A stretch of 64,000 nt of DNA from contig JBFLWF010000006.1 of the NCBI GenBank assembly GCA_040758355.1, positions 45,157 to 109,156 on the forward strand. Reading direction: 5' to 3'. A program made the translations under genes and the position numbers. Of the stretch, positions 41,041 to 51,373 are shown in pieces; the stretch's first letter is position 1; each line of letters opens with the position of its first letter. Below the pieces are notes generated by a model that searched no databases, had not been told where the DNA came from, and was given only the letters and a program-made list of their open reading frames with translations. The stretch is from Nitrospirota bacterium (GTDB lineage Bacteria > Nitrospirota > Thermodesulfovibrionia > Thermodesulfovibrionales > Dissulfurispiraceae).

Positions 41041-42558
41041 ATGAATACACAAAAGAGGATACTCTGTGTTGACGACGAGCCCGTGAATCTGAGTCTCCTT
41101 GAGGCATTGCTTAGGCCTAAGGGTTATGAGGTGATCACTGCATCAAACGGCAGGGAGGCACTTGAAAGGATTAGTGAGAAGGTGATAGATATTGTTCTTC
41201 TGGATGCCATGATGCCCGAGATGAACGGCTTCGATGCATGCAGAGCGATAAAGGAGGATGAAAGGTACAGGAATATTCCTGTTGTCATGATTACGGCATT
41301 GACGTCAAAGGAAGACAGGATTAAGAGCATAGAAGCAGGAGCTGAGGACTTTATCTCAAAGCCTTTTAATGTAGAAGAGGTTCTTGCGAGGGTAAAGATG
41401 CTTCTCAGGATGAAGGACCTCAATGACAGGCTGAATGATGCATATAACAATATCAACAACCTCGCATCCTTTGGAGAGAAGATCGTAAAGACATTCAATC
41501 CCCTTAATTTCAATTTTATGGCCAAGATCGACAGTATTGTTAATCTTGTTATCGGGCAGGACGATGAAATAGCAGAGAAACCCAGGATGGTCGTTGTCGG
41601 AATACCTTATGACATGGGCCGCTGGCAATGGAATCACTACGTGTCCGTTCCCGGTAAACTTCAGCGAGAACCTATTAAGTTAGACCTCCAGAATGAACTG
41701 CGCTTGCCTGTAAATAATTCAACAATAACTTTTTATAACTATAACGACCTCGAAAACCGGGAGGTGGGGCAGATTGCTGCAAAAATGGAGTCTGCGGGGA
41801 TACCTGTCTCTAACATGGTTTGTTATTTAAGCTGCGACCTTGTTGTCTTAGCCCTCAATTACGGAAGGGATGTTACCAATTACGATGCCGCTGTCTTAAA
41901 AAGCCTTGTTATCCAGAGCCTGTTCCTGAGATCGCTTTCATCGCAGATAAAAGAGGTGGAGGATGCATTTACATATACGGTCTATGCCCTTGCAAGGGCA
42001 GCCGAGGCAAATGACGAGGATACAGGGAACCACATATTAAGGGTTGGCGAGTATGCAGCGATTCTCTCAAGACATCTCGGAATGCCGGAAGAATTTATAA
42101 GCATAATAAGGCTTCAGGCACAGATGCACGACGTGGGAAAGATTCACATTCATCCAGACATCCTGAAAAAACCCGGCAAACTGGCCCCCGATGAATGGGA
42201 AAGCATGAAGGCACATACGATACACGGATCGATAATACTCGGTGAACATGTAAGGCTCACGATGGCAAAGGAGATAGCATTAGGGCACCACGAAAGATGG
42301 GATGGGAGCGGTTATCCTATTGGATTGCAGGGCGTGCAGATACCACTTCCTGCAAGGATAACAACCATTGCAGACCAGTACGACGCACTAAGAAACCCAC
42401 GTGTTTATAAACCGGCCTTTGACCATGAAACAACATGCAGGATAATCACCGAAGGCGACGGCAGAACAATGCCTTACCACTTTGACCCTCAGGTGATTAA
42501 GGTGTTCAGGGAATCTGCCTCACAGTTCGAAGAAGTGTATGAGAAGTTAAGGGGATGA
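41041..42558 (+). CDS. REC-HD-GYP c-di-GMP phosphodiesterase
   Basis: REC; HDVGK; HHERWDGSGYP. Confidence 0.9.
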   Translation: MNTQKRILCVDDEPVNLSLLEALLRPKGYEVITASNGREALERISEKVIDIVLLDAMMPEMNGFDACRAIKEDERYRNIPVVMITALTSKEDRIKSIEAGAEDFISKPFNVEEVLARVKMLLRMKDLNDRLNDAYNNINNLASFGEKIVKTFNPLNFNFMAKIDSIVNLVIGQDDEIAEKPRMVVVGIPYDMGRWQWNHYVSVPGKLQREPIKLDLQNELRLPVNNSTITFYNYNDLENREVGQIAAKMESAGIPVSNMVCYLSCDLVVLALNYGRDVTNYDAAVLKSLVIQSLFLRSLSSQIKEVEDAFTYTVYALARAAEANDEDTGNHILRVGEYAAILSRHLGMPEEFISIIRLQAQMHDVGKIHIHPDILKKPGKLAPDEWESMKAHTIHGSIILGEHVRLTMAKEIALGHHERWDGSGYPIGLQGVQIPLPARITTIADQYDALRNPRVYKPAFDHETTCRIITEGDGRTMPYHFDPQVIKVFRESASQFEEVYEKLRG

Positions 42559-42665
42559 TAAGCCTTCAAACCTAAGGGCAATAACAGTACAAGATTAAAC
42601 TTGCCAAAGATTTAGCATATCCTGTAAAATAATATTCTAAATCTTATTTTTCAGGAGGTTTTACG

Positions 42666-42866
42666 TTGAAAGAGGGAATACATCCGAATTATAAAGATGT
42701 AAAGGTCAGTTGCGCCTGCGGCGAGACATTTACAACCAAATCAACAACGGATAATGTCAGAGTTGATATATGCTCAAAGTGCCACCCGTTCTTTACCGGA
42801 AAGCAAAAGCTTGTGGATGCTGAAGGAAGGGTGGATAAGTTTAAGAAGAAGTACGCAAAGAAATAG
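42666..42866 (+). CDS. rpmE: 50S ribosomal protein L31 (Zn type)
   Basis: [23 protein letters not shown]. Confidence 0.97.
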   Translation: MKEGIHPNYKDVKVSCACGETFTTKSTTDNVRVDICSKCHPFFTGKQKLVDAEGRVDKFKKKYAKK

Positions 42867-42874
42867 CATAAATT

Positions 42875-42919
42875 GAGGGGTTAGAGGCAGTGGATTGGTT
42901 TGCGCTCTAACCCCTTTTT
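42875..42919 (+). terminator. Rho-independent terminator after rpmE
   Basis: gaggggttagag...ctctaacccc followed by a T-tract. Confidence 0.75.
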
Positions 42920-42933
42920 ATTGGAGAAACAGG

Positions 42934-43830
42934 ATGAAAAACATAGGTGGTCAGGCAGTCATAGAAGGCGTGATGATGAAGTCTCCTGCTGGTTGGAGCG
43001 TGGCCGTAAGGGATGCAAAGGGAGAGATAAATCTCAAGATGGTCAGGACAAAGAAAATGCCTGCTCTTTTTAGGCTGCCCCTTATCAGGGGGGTGGTAGG
43101 GCTTTTTCATGCCCTTATGATCGGAGTAAAAGCTATTGAGTTTTCCGGCAGCGTGGCATATCAGGAGCAGGAAGGGGATAAACCAATTAGTCCGTGGGGA
43201 TTGGGACTATCCATAGGTCTTGCCATTATCCTCGCAATAGCCCTTTTTAAATTCCTTCCGCTCTTTCTGACGACCCTGATAGGCAATGTAGTTAAAGGTG
43301 TTTCGAATAATTCGTTGCTGTTTAATTTTACTGATGGATTTATCCGCGTTGGAATATTTCTCTTTTACATATTTGTCATCGGCCTCTGGAAAGAGATGAG
43401 GCGGGTATACCAGTATCATGGTGCTGAACACAAGGTCATTTACGCTTACGAGGCAGGGGAAGATCTCACTGTCGAAAATGCAAAGAAATATAAACCTTAC
43501 CACCCGAGATGCGGAACCAGCTTTTTATTAATAGTGATGGTTATCAGCATAATGGTATTTCTCCTGATACCGAAGGACTGGTCTTTTGTCGATAAACTCG
43601 TATCAAGGATTATCTTAATACCGGCCATAGCAGGGCTTTCATACGAAGTGCTCAGGTTTTCCGCAAAGAGGAAGAATAATCCGGTGGTAGGATTGATGGT
43701 TTTTCCCGGCCTTTTGCTTCAGAGAATGACTGTGAGGGAGCCCGATGAGTCACAGATAGAGGTCGCATTAGCCGCCATGAATGAGGTTTTAAAAATAGAT
43801 AGGGATAAAGAGGTTTGCAGTCAATGTTAG
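42934..43830 (+). CDS. DUF1385 membrane protein
   Basis: [27 protein letters not shown]. Confidence 0.9.
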   Translation: MKNIGGQAVIEGVMMKSPAGWSVAVRDAKGEINLKMVRTKKMPALFRLPLIRGVVGLFHALMIGVKAIEFSGSVAYQEQEGDKPISPWGLGLSIGLAIILAIALFKFLPLFLTTLIGNVVKGVSNNSLLFNFTDGFIRVGIFLFYIFVIGLWKEMRRVYQYHGAEHKVIYAYEAGEDLTVENAKKYKPYHPRCGTSFLLIVMVISIMVFLLIPKDWSFVDKLVSRIILIPAIAGLSYEVLRFSAKRKNNPVVGLMVFPGLLLQRMTVREPDESQIEVALAAMNEVLKIDRDKEVCSQC

Positions 43831-44885
43831 AGAAGTTGCTGACAATAGAGGAAAAATATGATGAGATAACTGCTGCCCTCACCAATCCAGAGGTATTGTC
43901 CAATGCCCAGGCATATCAGAAGTATTCTAAGGAACAGGCAGAGCTTATGCCTATTGTGGAGAAGATCAAGGAGTATAAGAAGCTGCTGACAGACCTTGAA
44001 GATGCAGAGGAAATACTGAAAGGCGGAGACGGCGACCTGAGGGAATTGGCACAGGCGGAGATGGAAGATATTAAGAAAAGAAAACCTCTTATAGAAGACG
44101 AGCTTAAGATAATGCTCCTTCCAAAAGACCCGAGGGATGAAAGGAACGTCATCCTCGAAATAAGGGCAGGCACAGGCGGAGAGGAGGCAGCGCTTTTCGG
44201 AGCATCGCTCTTCAGGATGTATTCAAAATATGCAGAAGCAAGGCGGTGGAAGATAGAAGTGATCGATTCAAGCCCCACAGGTCTCGGCGGATTAAAGGAG
44301 ATAATAGCGAATATTACGGGAAAGGGTGCATACAGCAGGCTTAAATACGAAAGCGGCGTGCACAGGGTTCAGAGGGTGCCTGTTACAGAGGCATCGGGCA
44401 GGATTCATACATCCGCTGCCACTATTGCTGTTCTGCCTGAAGCAGAGGAACTTGATATAAAGATAGAAGAAAAGGATTTGAGAGTAGACACCTTTTGCTC
44501 TTCAGGCGCAGGTGGACAGAGCGTCAACACGACATATTCGGCGGTGAGGATTACGCATATCCCTACCGGACTCGTTGTGCAGTGTCAGGACGAGCGCTCG
44601 CAGCTTAAAAACAGGGAAAAGGCTATGAAGGTATTGCGTTCCCGCCTCCTTGAAATAGAGACCGAGAAAAAGCAGAAGGAGCGCGCCATGGAAAGGAAGA
44701 CGCAGGTTGGCACTGGAGACAGGAGCGAGAGGATAAGGACATACAACTACCCGCAGAACAGGGTGTCAGACCACAGGATAGGCCTTACGCTCCATAAGCT
44801 TGAGCAGGTACTTGAAGGAAATCTCGACGAGATTGTCGATGCCTTAATTACCCATTATCAGGCAGAGAGACTGAAGGAGTTGTGA
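43824..44885 (+). CDS. prfA: Peptide chain release factor 1
   Basis: PVT anticodon motif, GGQ. Confidence 0.97.
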   Translation: MLEKLLTIEEKYDEITAALTNPEVLSNAQAYQKYSKEQAELMPIVEKIKEYKKLLTDLEDAEEILKGGDGDLRELAQAEMEDIKKRKPLIEDELKIMLLPKDPRDERNVILEIRAGTGGEEAALFGASLFRMYSKYAEARRWKIEVIDSSPTGLGGLKEIIANITGKGAYSRLKYESGVHRVQRVPVTEASGRIHTSAATIAVLPEAEELDIKIEEKDLRVDTFCSSGAGGQSVNTTYSAVRITHIPTGLVVQCQDERSQLKNREKAMKVLRSRLLEIETEKKQKERAMERKTQVGTGDRSERIRTYNYPQNRVSDHRIGLTLHKLEQVLEGNLDEIVDALITHYQAERLKEL

Positions 44886-44911
44886 TTGGCTTGCTATCCG
44901 AATTTTTTAAT

Positions 44912-45214
44912 TTATACAGCATTTGCATACACCCTTACCTCTTGCTCCAATCTTTTGCCGAGTTCCTCAGCAGTGACATCTAAATCATACTGTGATTGCA
45001 GTCCGAGCCAGAATTCGGCGGATGTTCCAAAGAACCTTGCAAGCCTGAGAGCGGTATCGGCAGTAATTCCGCGCTTGCCGAGAACAATTTCATTGATTCT
45101 CCGCGGTGGCACGCCAATACTAAGCGCAAGTCTGTTTTGACTTATACCCATTGGCTTGAGAAATTCTTCCAAAAGAACTTCGCCAGGATGTACGGGATGT
45201 AGCTTTTTTTTCAT
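44912..45214 (-). CDS. higA: HigA antitoxin
   Basis: HPGEVLLEEFL...ITADTALRL...FWLGLQ. Confidence 0.93.
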   Translation of the reverse strand: MKKKLHPVHPGEVLLEEFLKPMGISQNRLALSIGVPPRRINEIVLGKRGITADTALRLARFFGTSAEFWLGLQSQYDLDVTAEELGKRLEQEVRVYANAV

Positions 45215-45225
45215 AACCCTCCTCT

Positions 45226-45507
45226 CTAATGATAGTCAGTTATTTCCACGTCATGCGCATCACCTTCTTGCCAGGTGAAGCAGATACGCCATTGGTCATT
45301 AATCCTGATGCTATATTGTCCTTCACGGTCGGCTTTTAGTTTTTCCAGCCGGTTCGCAGGTGGTATCCTCAAATCATTAAGATTTTTTGCGTTATTTATC
45401 ATACGTAATTTCCTTAATGCAACTTGCTGAATATCTCGCGGTAATTTGTTTGATCCCTCTCGACTATATACCTTCTCTGTTTCATTGTCCCTAAATGATT
45501 TTATCAT
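45226..45507 (-). CDS. higB: HigB toxin
   Basis: MIKSF...PPANRLEKL...SIRINDQWRICF...DYH. Confidence 0.93.
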   Translation of the reverse strand: MIKSFRDNETEKVYSREGSNKLPRDIQQVALRKLRMINNAKNLNDLRIPPANRLEKLKADREGQYSIRINDQWRICFTWQEGDAHDVEITDYH

Positions 45508-45515
45508 TTATTGTA

Positions 45516-45544
45516 ATTTTATAACGGGAAGCGTTAAACGTCAA
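45516..45544 (-). promoter_or_regulatory. higBA sigma70 promoter with operator palindrome
   Basis: TTGACG-17-TAAAAT; spacer contains TAACG-N5-CGTTA. Confidence 0.8.
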
Positions 45545-45588
45545 GAGTTATTTTTGGAGGCGGTTTGGTGAGAAATACGGTATTTCAC

Positions 45589-45646
45589 AGATAATGACTG
45601 AATTAACGGGCGGCTACTCGCCGTCCCCTTGAATGACTCGTTAGAT
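45589..45646 (-). mobile_element. Degenerate integron attC site
   Basis: ATCTAAC (R'')...CATTCAA...GC-rich hairpin...TTAATTC...ATTATCT (R' with GTT changed to ATT); overlaps the 3' end of the cassette ORF. Confidence 0.65.
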
Positions 45647-45911
45647 GTTTCTTTGATTCAAATCTCAGGGGATATTTTTCAGGATGTTCGAGATTGTCAA
45701 TTTCAAGGTCAACATCCAAATCAGGCCAGTATAAATGATAGCCATGAAGCAATTGAACATTTTGTATTGAACTCAATGTCTGGTCTTTAAAATATGGATA
45801 ATCCTTATAGCTTAGAAAATATTCCTTTTCTTTAACATACAGCCATATGCCGAAAGGCGTTATGTTTTCAACGCTTACTGAAATGCCTTTGCCATGTTTT
45901 AGCGATTTCAT
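45603..45911 (-). CDS. DUF2442 protein (TA-like pair)
   Basis: LSYKDYPYF...LYWPDLDVDL. Confidence 0.8.
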   Translation of the reverse strand: MKSLKHGKGISVSVENITPFGIWLYVKEKEYFLSYKDYPYFKDQTLSSIQNVQLLHGYHLYWPDLDVDLEIDNLEHPEKYPLRFESKKHLTSHSRGRRVAAR

Positions 45912-46110
45912 TTTTGTGCTCCTCAACGATTTTTTGAATTTCGTTCAATCTTTTTGGGTTCAGCCCATGAGATACAGCCAATGAGACTATGGGCTCTATC
46001 CAAAATTTAGCCTCTCCATCAGCGCATGTCACATGAATATGGATTCTGTCCTCTTCGTTTGAGAGGAAATAAAATCTATACCCTTTTTCTCTGAAAATCG
46101 AAGGACTCAT
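45868..46110 (-). CDS. DUF4160 protein (TA-like pair)
   Basis: GYRFYFLSNEE...HIHV...AKFW. Confidence 0.85.
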   Translation of the reverse strand: MSPSIFREKGYRFYFLSNEEDRIHIHVTCADGEAKFWIEPIVSLAVSHGLNPKRLNEIQKIVEEHKNEIAKTWQRHFSKR

Positions 46111-46173
46111 TCTAATTAATATTTAATACAATTCTTGCAGTTTTTGCAATATAACTACAGAAATCAGTTTTAT

Positions 46174-46230
46174 TAGGGACAGCGCCCGTTTTCTGATTCT
46201 GGTCTCAACTTTAAATAGTCGCTGTCCCTA
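46174..46230. repeat. REP-like inverted repeat
   Basis: tagggacagcg...cgctgtcccta; same GGGACAG motif as the insertion in prmC. Confidence 0.6.
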
Positions 46231-46263
46231 TTTACCTATTTTTATAAAAACTGAACTTTTGTC

Positions 46264-46292
46264 TTGCGGGCACGACAGCAATTCGGTATAAT
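46264..46292 (+). promoter_or_regulatory. sigma70 promoter upstream of the integrase remnant and prmC
   Basis: TTGCGG-17-TATAAT. Confidence 0.7.
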
Positions 46293-46329
46293 GATAAATA
46301 TTTATTAATATGCGTATTCGTGATAATTT

Positions 46330-46781
46330 ATGAACGACAATAATTTGAATGGATTTAAGGGTTATCTTATATCCAAATCAGCGGTTAATGAGAAATATGC
46401 TCCATATTATGTGAGGTGGGTTTCTTCCTGCTATGCCTTTGTCAACCAATCGCTTTCAGATGTTTTAACTAATGGACAGAAACAAGATTTTCTAAAACAT
46501 TTCGCAAAGAATCATGAAGATTGGCAGGTAAAACAGGCTGAAGCAGCGCTCCTGCCTCGCTGCAAAAGGCGTTTAAAGCCGCTGCGGCAGAAGCGGGAAT
46601 TATCAAGCAAGCCTCAGTACATACTCTAAGGCATAGCTTTGCCACGCATCTGCTCGAAAACGGATATGACATCAGGACGATTCAGGAATTGCTCGGACAC
46701 AGGAATCTTCAAACCACTATGATTTATACTCATGTGGCTACTAAAAATGTCCTCGGCGTCAAAAGTCCACTGGATAAATAA
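46330..46781 (+). pseudogene. Integron integrase remnant with internal deletion
   Basis: N-terminal ...YVRWV...EDWQVKQA joined out of frame to [27 protein letters not shown]...TTMIYTHV...GVKSPLDK. Confidence 0.85.
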
Positions 46782-47749
46782 TGACCGCCATTGACAAACT
46801 GAAAGAGGTTTCGGCCTTTCTTGAATCTAAAGGCATCGAAGACTCTGCAAAAGAGGCTGAGATGCTTATAACAGAAACACTCCACATCGACAAATCAAAA
46901 CTTTATGCCGGCAGTTTAGAAATATCAGAAGATACATCAAAGCAAATAGACACACTCACAGCAAGGCGCGCAAATGGCGAACCCATTCAATATATTATCG
47001 GGCATGTGGATTTTTATGGGCTGAAAATAAATGTTGGGAAAGGGGTCCTTATTCCGAGACCAGAGACAGAGCTGCTTGTGGAAGAAGTCATTAAAGCAAT
47101 CAGCAATCAGCAATCAGCAATCAGCAAAGAAAAACTGTCGTTTTGCTGTCGGCTGACGGCTGACGGCTGTAAGCTACACATCCTCGACCTCTGTACTGGC
47201 AGCGGGTGCATTGCCATTGCAATTGCAAAGCACTTTCCAGATGCCGATGTTTACGGAGTCGACAAATCAGATACCGCCATTCAGTATGCAACTCGAAATG
47301 CAACTGAAAACAATGTAAGGAATGTTCATTTCATAAAAGGTGATTTATTTAGTATCTCATGGGACAGTCCCGAATCTACGACGCCTATCGGCGTCCGTAA
47401 TTCTGGGACAGTCCCCATGTTCGCTGTTCACTATTTTGATTGCATAGTCTCAAACCCGCCTTACATAAAAACCGATGATATTCAGAATCTACAGAGAGAG
47501 ATAAAGGATTATGAGCCTGTTGATGCCCTTAACGGAGGAGAGGACGGACTTGATTTTTATAGAAGGATATTCGAAAATGCTCACAAATTTCTCAAGGAAA
47601 ATGGCATAATCATCCTTGAGATTGGCCATGACCAGGCAGATGATATGGAAAAAATAGCTATGAATGCAGGCTTTAAAAATGTTACTTTTATAAAGGACTA
47701 TGCAGGGATAAAGAGAATATTTATAGGGAGGAAAAATGAGGCTAAGTAG
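46781..47749 (+). CDS. prmC: Release factor glutamine methyltransferase with two in-frame repeat insertions
   Basis: EPIQYI, LIPRPETE, DLCTGSG, SNPPY. Confidence 0.93.
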   Translation: MTAIDKLKEVSAFLESKGIEDSAKEAEMLITETLHIDKSKLYAGSLEISEDTSKQIDTLTARRANGEPIQYIIGHVDFYGLKINVGKGVLIPRPETELLVEEVIKAISNQQSAISKEKLSFCCRLTADGCKLHILDLCTGSGCIAIAIAKHFPDADVYGVDKSDTAIQYATRNATENNVRNVHFIKGDLFSISWDSPESTTPIGVRNSGTVPMFAVHYFDCIVSNPPYIKTDDIQNLQREIKDYEPVDALNGGEDGLDFYRRIFENAHKFLKENGIIILEIGHDQADDMEKIAMNAGFKNVTFIKDYAGIKRIFIGRKNEAK

Positions 47750-48512
47750 AAAGATTTTATTGATTTTAAGCCTTTTGTTATTCCTTGAAGCGCATGTCTT
47801 TGCAGTTGAAAAGACAATGATATACGGCCTGGGTACAAAGAAAAATATGCAGGCAGAACTTATCATGCCCGATGGTAAAGGCCCTTTTCCCGGCGTCCTG
47901 ATAGTGCATACGAGCGGCGGTGTGCAGGATGGCGATATTAACTTCGCAACACAACTGTCAGAGCAGGGATATGCCTGCCTCATCCCTTATTATTTCGATG
48001 CCTATGGCATTTCTCATAATACGAGGCATCTTATAACAACACGATATGCAGAGGATGTCTTTGCGGATCTTGCTGATATGCTCGAATATTTGAAGAAAAA
48101 TCCTAAAGTGAAGGCAGATAGACTCGGAGCGGTCGGATTTTCAATGGGAGGATACTGGGCCCTTGTACTGGCTGCAAAAAATAGAGTAAAAGCAGGCGTG
48201 TCATATTACGGAGCACTTACCGGCGGAGGCAAGAATCTGGATTTAAAATACAGGTTTGATGATGTATTTAACAGAGACAGTTCTCCGGTTTTAATTCTTC
48301 ACGGCTCTCAAGACTCTGTAGTGTCTGCAAGGCATGCAGCTAACCTCGCTGTGCTGCTCGATGAAAAAAAGAGTCTTTATGAATTGAGAATATATATCGG
48401 CGCCGAACACCGCTATGAAAGGGCGCCAAACAGGGATGAGGATGCTGCCAACGATAGCTGGAAAAGGACACTTGAATTTTTTAAGAAGTATTTAAAAGGA
48501 AATAAATTATAA
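47736..48512 (+). CDS. Secreted dienelactone-hydrolase-family protein
   Basis: Signal peptide, GFSMGG, HGSQD, AEH. Confidence 0.8.
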   Translation: MRLSRKILLILSLLLFLEAHVFAVEKTMIYGLGTKKNMQAELIMPDGKGPFPGVLIVHTSGGVQDGDINFATQLSEQGYACLIPYYFDAYGISHNTRHLITTRYAEDVFADLADMLEYLKKNPKVKADRLGAVGFSMGGYWALVLAAKNRVKAGVSYYGALTGGGKNLDLKYRFDDVFNRDSSPVLILHGSQDSVVSARHAANLAVLLDEKKSLYELRIYIGAEHRYERAPNRDEDAANDSWKRTLEFFKKYLKGNKL

Positions 48513-48521
48513 GGAGAGCCT

Positions 48522-49163
48522 GTGGAACTGCTTGCAAACTTCATTGACATCTTCATGCACCTCGATAAGCATTTAAGCCTTGTCATTCAGAATTACGGGA
48601 CGTTGACATATGTAATCCTGTTTCTTATTATTTTCTGCGAAACAGGCCTTGTAGTTACACCTTTCCTTCCAGGAGACTCGCTGCTTTTTGCTGTCGGCAC
48701 CTTTACAGCAATAGGTGCACTCGATGTCTCTGTTGTTTTTGTCCTTCTCACAATAGCTGCAGTAGCAGGAGATACAGTGAACTATTGGATAGGAAATTTT
48801 GTGGGACCGAAGGTTTTCCATAAAGACGATGTGAGGTTTCTGAATAAAAAACACCTTGAGCGCACCCATCGGTTCTATGAAAAATACGGAGGCAAGACAA
48901 TAATCATAGCGAGGTTTGTCCCAATTATCCGCACATTTGCTCCGTTTGTGGCAGGCGTAGGAAGCATGACCTATGGACGTTTCCTCAGCTACAACATCAT
49001 AGGCGGCATTTTATGGATTGCTGTCTGTGTTTTTGCAGGATATTTTTTTGGTAACATTCCTGTTGTAAAACAGAACTTCAGCATCGTTATTTTAGCCATT
49101 ATCTTTATTTCAATCATGCCCGGGGTTATCGAGTTTTTACGTCACCGCTATAGGGCTTCGTAA
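48522..49163 (+). CDS. dedA: DedA family membrane protein
   Basis: [27 protein letters not shown]. Confidence 0.92.
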   Translation: MELLANFIDIFMHLDKHLSLVIQNYGTLTYVILFLIIFCETGLVVTPFLPGDSLLFAVGTFTAIGALDVSVVFVLLTIAAVAGDTVNYWIGNFVGPKVFHKDDVRFLNKKHLERTHRFYEKYGGKTIIIARFVPIIRTFAPFVAGVGSMTYGRFLSYNIIGGILWIAVCVFAGYFFGNIPVVKQNFSIVILAIIFISIMPGVIEFLRHRYRAS

Positions 49164-49164
49164 A

Positions 49165-50754
49165 ATGAGCGCCAAGGGCAAGATAGCAAGAGCTGCTGGA
49201 CTGATGTCCATTGCAACCTTTATAAGCCGCATCCTCGGCTATGTAAAGGACATGATCCTTGCGCGGTATTTTGGTGCAACCGGAATCGCCGATGTCTTTT
49301 TTGTTGCCTTCAGGATTCCCAATCTTTTGAGGGAGCTTTTTGCAGAAGGCTCCATGTCCTCTGCCTTTATACCTGTTGTTACAGAATATCAGACAAAGCA
49401 CGGAAGGGCTGAGGCAAACAGGCTTGTAAGTTCAACATTCATATTCATCCTAATTTTTGTGGGTATAATTTGTGCCCTCGGAATAATCTTCGCACCTGCC
49501 ATTGTTTCTGCAATCGCACCTGGATTTTTAAAAGAGCCTGAAAAGTTCTCCAACACTGTTCTTCTAACGAGAATAATGTTTCCGTTTCTTCTGTTTATCA
49601 GCCTTGCTGCATTGACAATGGGAGCTTTAAATGCGAGGGGTGTTTTTTTTATTCCTGCACTGGCGCCTGCAATGCTTAATATTGTGATCATTGTCTGTGT
49701 TTTAACGCTATCAATGCAATTCACCGATCCCATTGTTGCCGTTGCCATCGGCGTAACTGCAGGTGGACTCGTACAGTTTTTAATTCAGGTTCCGTCTTTT
49801 TTTAGGCAGGGATATACATTAGGGTCAAGGGGCTGGCATCCGGGACTGAAAAGAATAGGTCTCCTCATAATCCCTTCCACTGCCGGACTCGCAGTTGCCC
49901 AGATTAATATATTCATAAGTACAATCCTCGCATCATACCTTGCTGAAGGAAGTATTACCTATCTTTACTATTCAATGAGATTGATCCAATTTCCTATAGG
50001 AATATTCGGTGTAGCAATGGGCATGGCAGTGCTTCCTGCCCTTTCAGAGCATTCTGTGAAGGGCGAAATGGAAAAGGTAAAAGAAGATTTTTCCTTTGCG
50101 CTGAGGCTGCTGTTTTTTATTACAGTGCCTGCAATGATCGGCCTAATAGCATTGAATGTCCCTATTGTAAGCACCCTTTTTCAGAGGGGTAAGTTTGAAT
50201 ATGCTGCGACTATAGGCACATCGGATGCCCTTATGTTTTACTCACTCGGGATATGGGCTATTGTGGGAGTCAGGGTTATCGCTGCAACTTTTTATTCCAT
50301 GCAGGACACAAAAACTCCTGTGAAGGTGGCTGCTGCAGCAATGATAATCAATGTGATATTCAGTCTTCTCTTGATGAAGCCTATGAAGCACAATGGCCTT
50401 GCCTTTGCCAATGCCATTGCATCGGGCTGCAATTTTGTATTGCTGTTTTATTTCCTCAGAAAGAGGCTTGGAGGCATAGGGACAAAGAGGATACTGAACT
50501 CCTTTACAAAGACATTTATTGCATCTGCAATCATGGGACTTGCAGGATGGTTTATTGCCAGAAATGAAATATGGTCAATAAGTGAAGTATGGACATTGAG
50601 CGGATACGGGCTTAAGAAGGCAATATATCTCGGCTCGGCAATAATAATCTGCGGTGTAATATACATGTTCCTTTCCTATTTACTAAAGAGTGAGGAGTTG
50701 GGTTATATTATAAAGAGAGTAAAAGAGAAATTAAGGAGAAGGTATGCTGATTAA
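49165..50754 (+). CDS. murJ: Lipid II flippase
   Basis: SRILG, AFRIPNLLRELFAEG. Confidence 0.95.
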   Translation: MSAKGKIARAAGLMSIATFISRILGYVKDMILARYFGATGIADVFFVAFRIPNLLRELFAEGSMSSAFIPVVTEYQTKHGRAEANRLVSSTFIFILIFVGIICALGIIFAPAIVSAIAPGFLKEPEKFSNTVLLTRIMFPFLLFISLAALTMGALNARGVFFIPALAPAMLNIVIIVCVLTLSMQFTDPIVAVAIGVTAGGLVQFLIQVPSFFRQGYTLGSRGWHPGLKRIGLLIIPSTAGLAVAQINIFISTILASYLAEGSITYLYYSMRLIQFPIGIFGVAMGMAVLPALSEHSVKGEMEKVKEDFSFALRLLFFITVPAMIGLIALNVPIVSTLFQRGKFEYAATIGTSDALMFYSLGIWAIVGVRVIAATFYSMQDTKTPVKVAAAAMIINVIFSLLLMKPMKHNGLAFANAIASGCNFVLLFYFLRKRLGGIGTKRILNSFTKTFIASAIMGLAGWFIARNEIWSISEVWTLSGYGLKKAIYLGSAIIICGVIYMFLSYLLKSEELGYIIKRVKEKLRRRYAD

Positions 50755-51373
50755 AAATATAGTGGTCGGTCCCCTTGAGGTTAACTGTTTTGTTGTTGCA
50801 GATGAGGGGTCTAAAAAGGCAGTAGTGGTTGATCCCGGCGACGAGCCTGACAGGATAATGGATATAATCAAAAACAATGATTTTGTTGTCGAGTATATCA
50901 TATGCACTCATGGACATTTTGACCATGTTGGTGCAGTAAGCGATTTGAAAAAGGAGACTAATGCAAAGGTCTTAATCCATAAGGATGAACTTGAGATATA
51001 CGATGCTGCAAAAGACATGGCAGCGTTCTGGGGATACGACCTCGACCCATTGCCTGACCCTGATGTCCTGGTAAAAGATGGGGAAGGTATCACGGCCGGC
51101 GGTTTGAGTTTTAAAGTATTTCACACACCAGGCCACAGCCCAGGCGGCATATGCCTTTATGGCGAAGGTATTGTTATCACCGGTGATACCCTTTTTGCAG
51201 GCTCTGTTGGAAGGACAGATTTCCATGGTGGTGATACGAATAGGCTTAAGGAATCTTTCAAGAGATTGATGTCATTACCGGAAAATATAAGGGTTCTGCC
51301 GGGGCACGGCCCTGAAACAACGATAGGCCGGGAAAAAAGGGAAAATATGTTTTCGGATGAATTGCTGCTATGA
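50744..51373 (+). CDS. MBL-fold hydrolase (glyoxalase II-like)
   Basis: THGHFDH, TPGHSPG, PGHG. Confidence 0.9.
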   Translation: MLIKNIVVGPLEVNCFVVADEGSKKAVVVDPGDEPDRIMDIIKNNDFVVEYIICTHGHFDHVGAVSDLKKETNAKVLIHKDELEIYDAAKDMAAFWGYDLDPLPDPDVLVKDGEGITAGGLSFKVFHTPGHSPGGICLYGEGIVITGDTLFAGSVGRTDFHGGDTNRLKESFKRLMSLPENIRVLPGHGPETTIGREKRENMFSDELLL

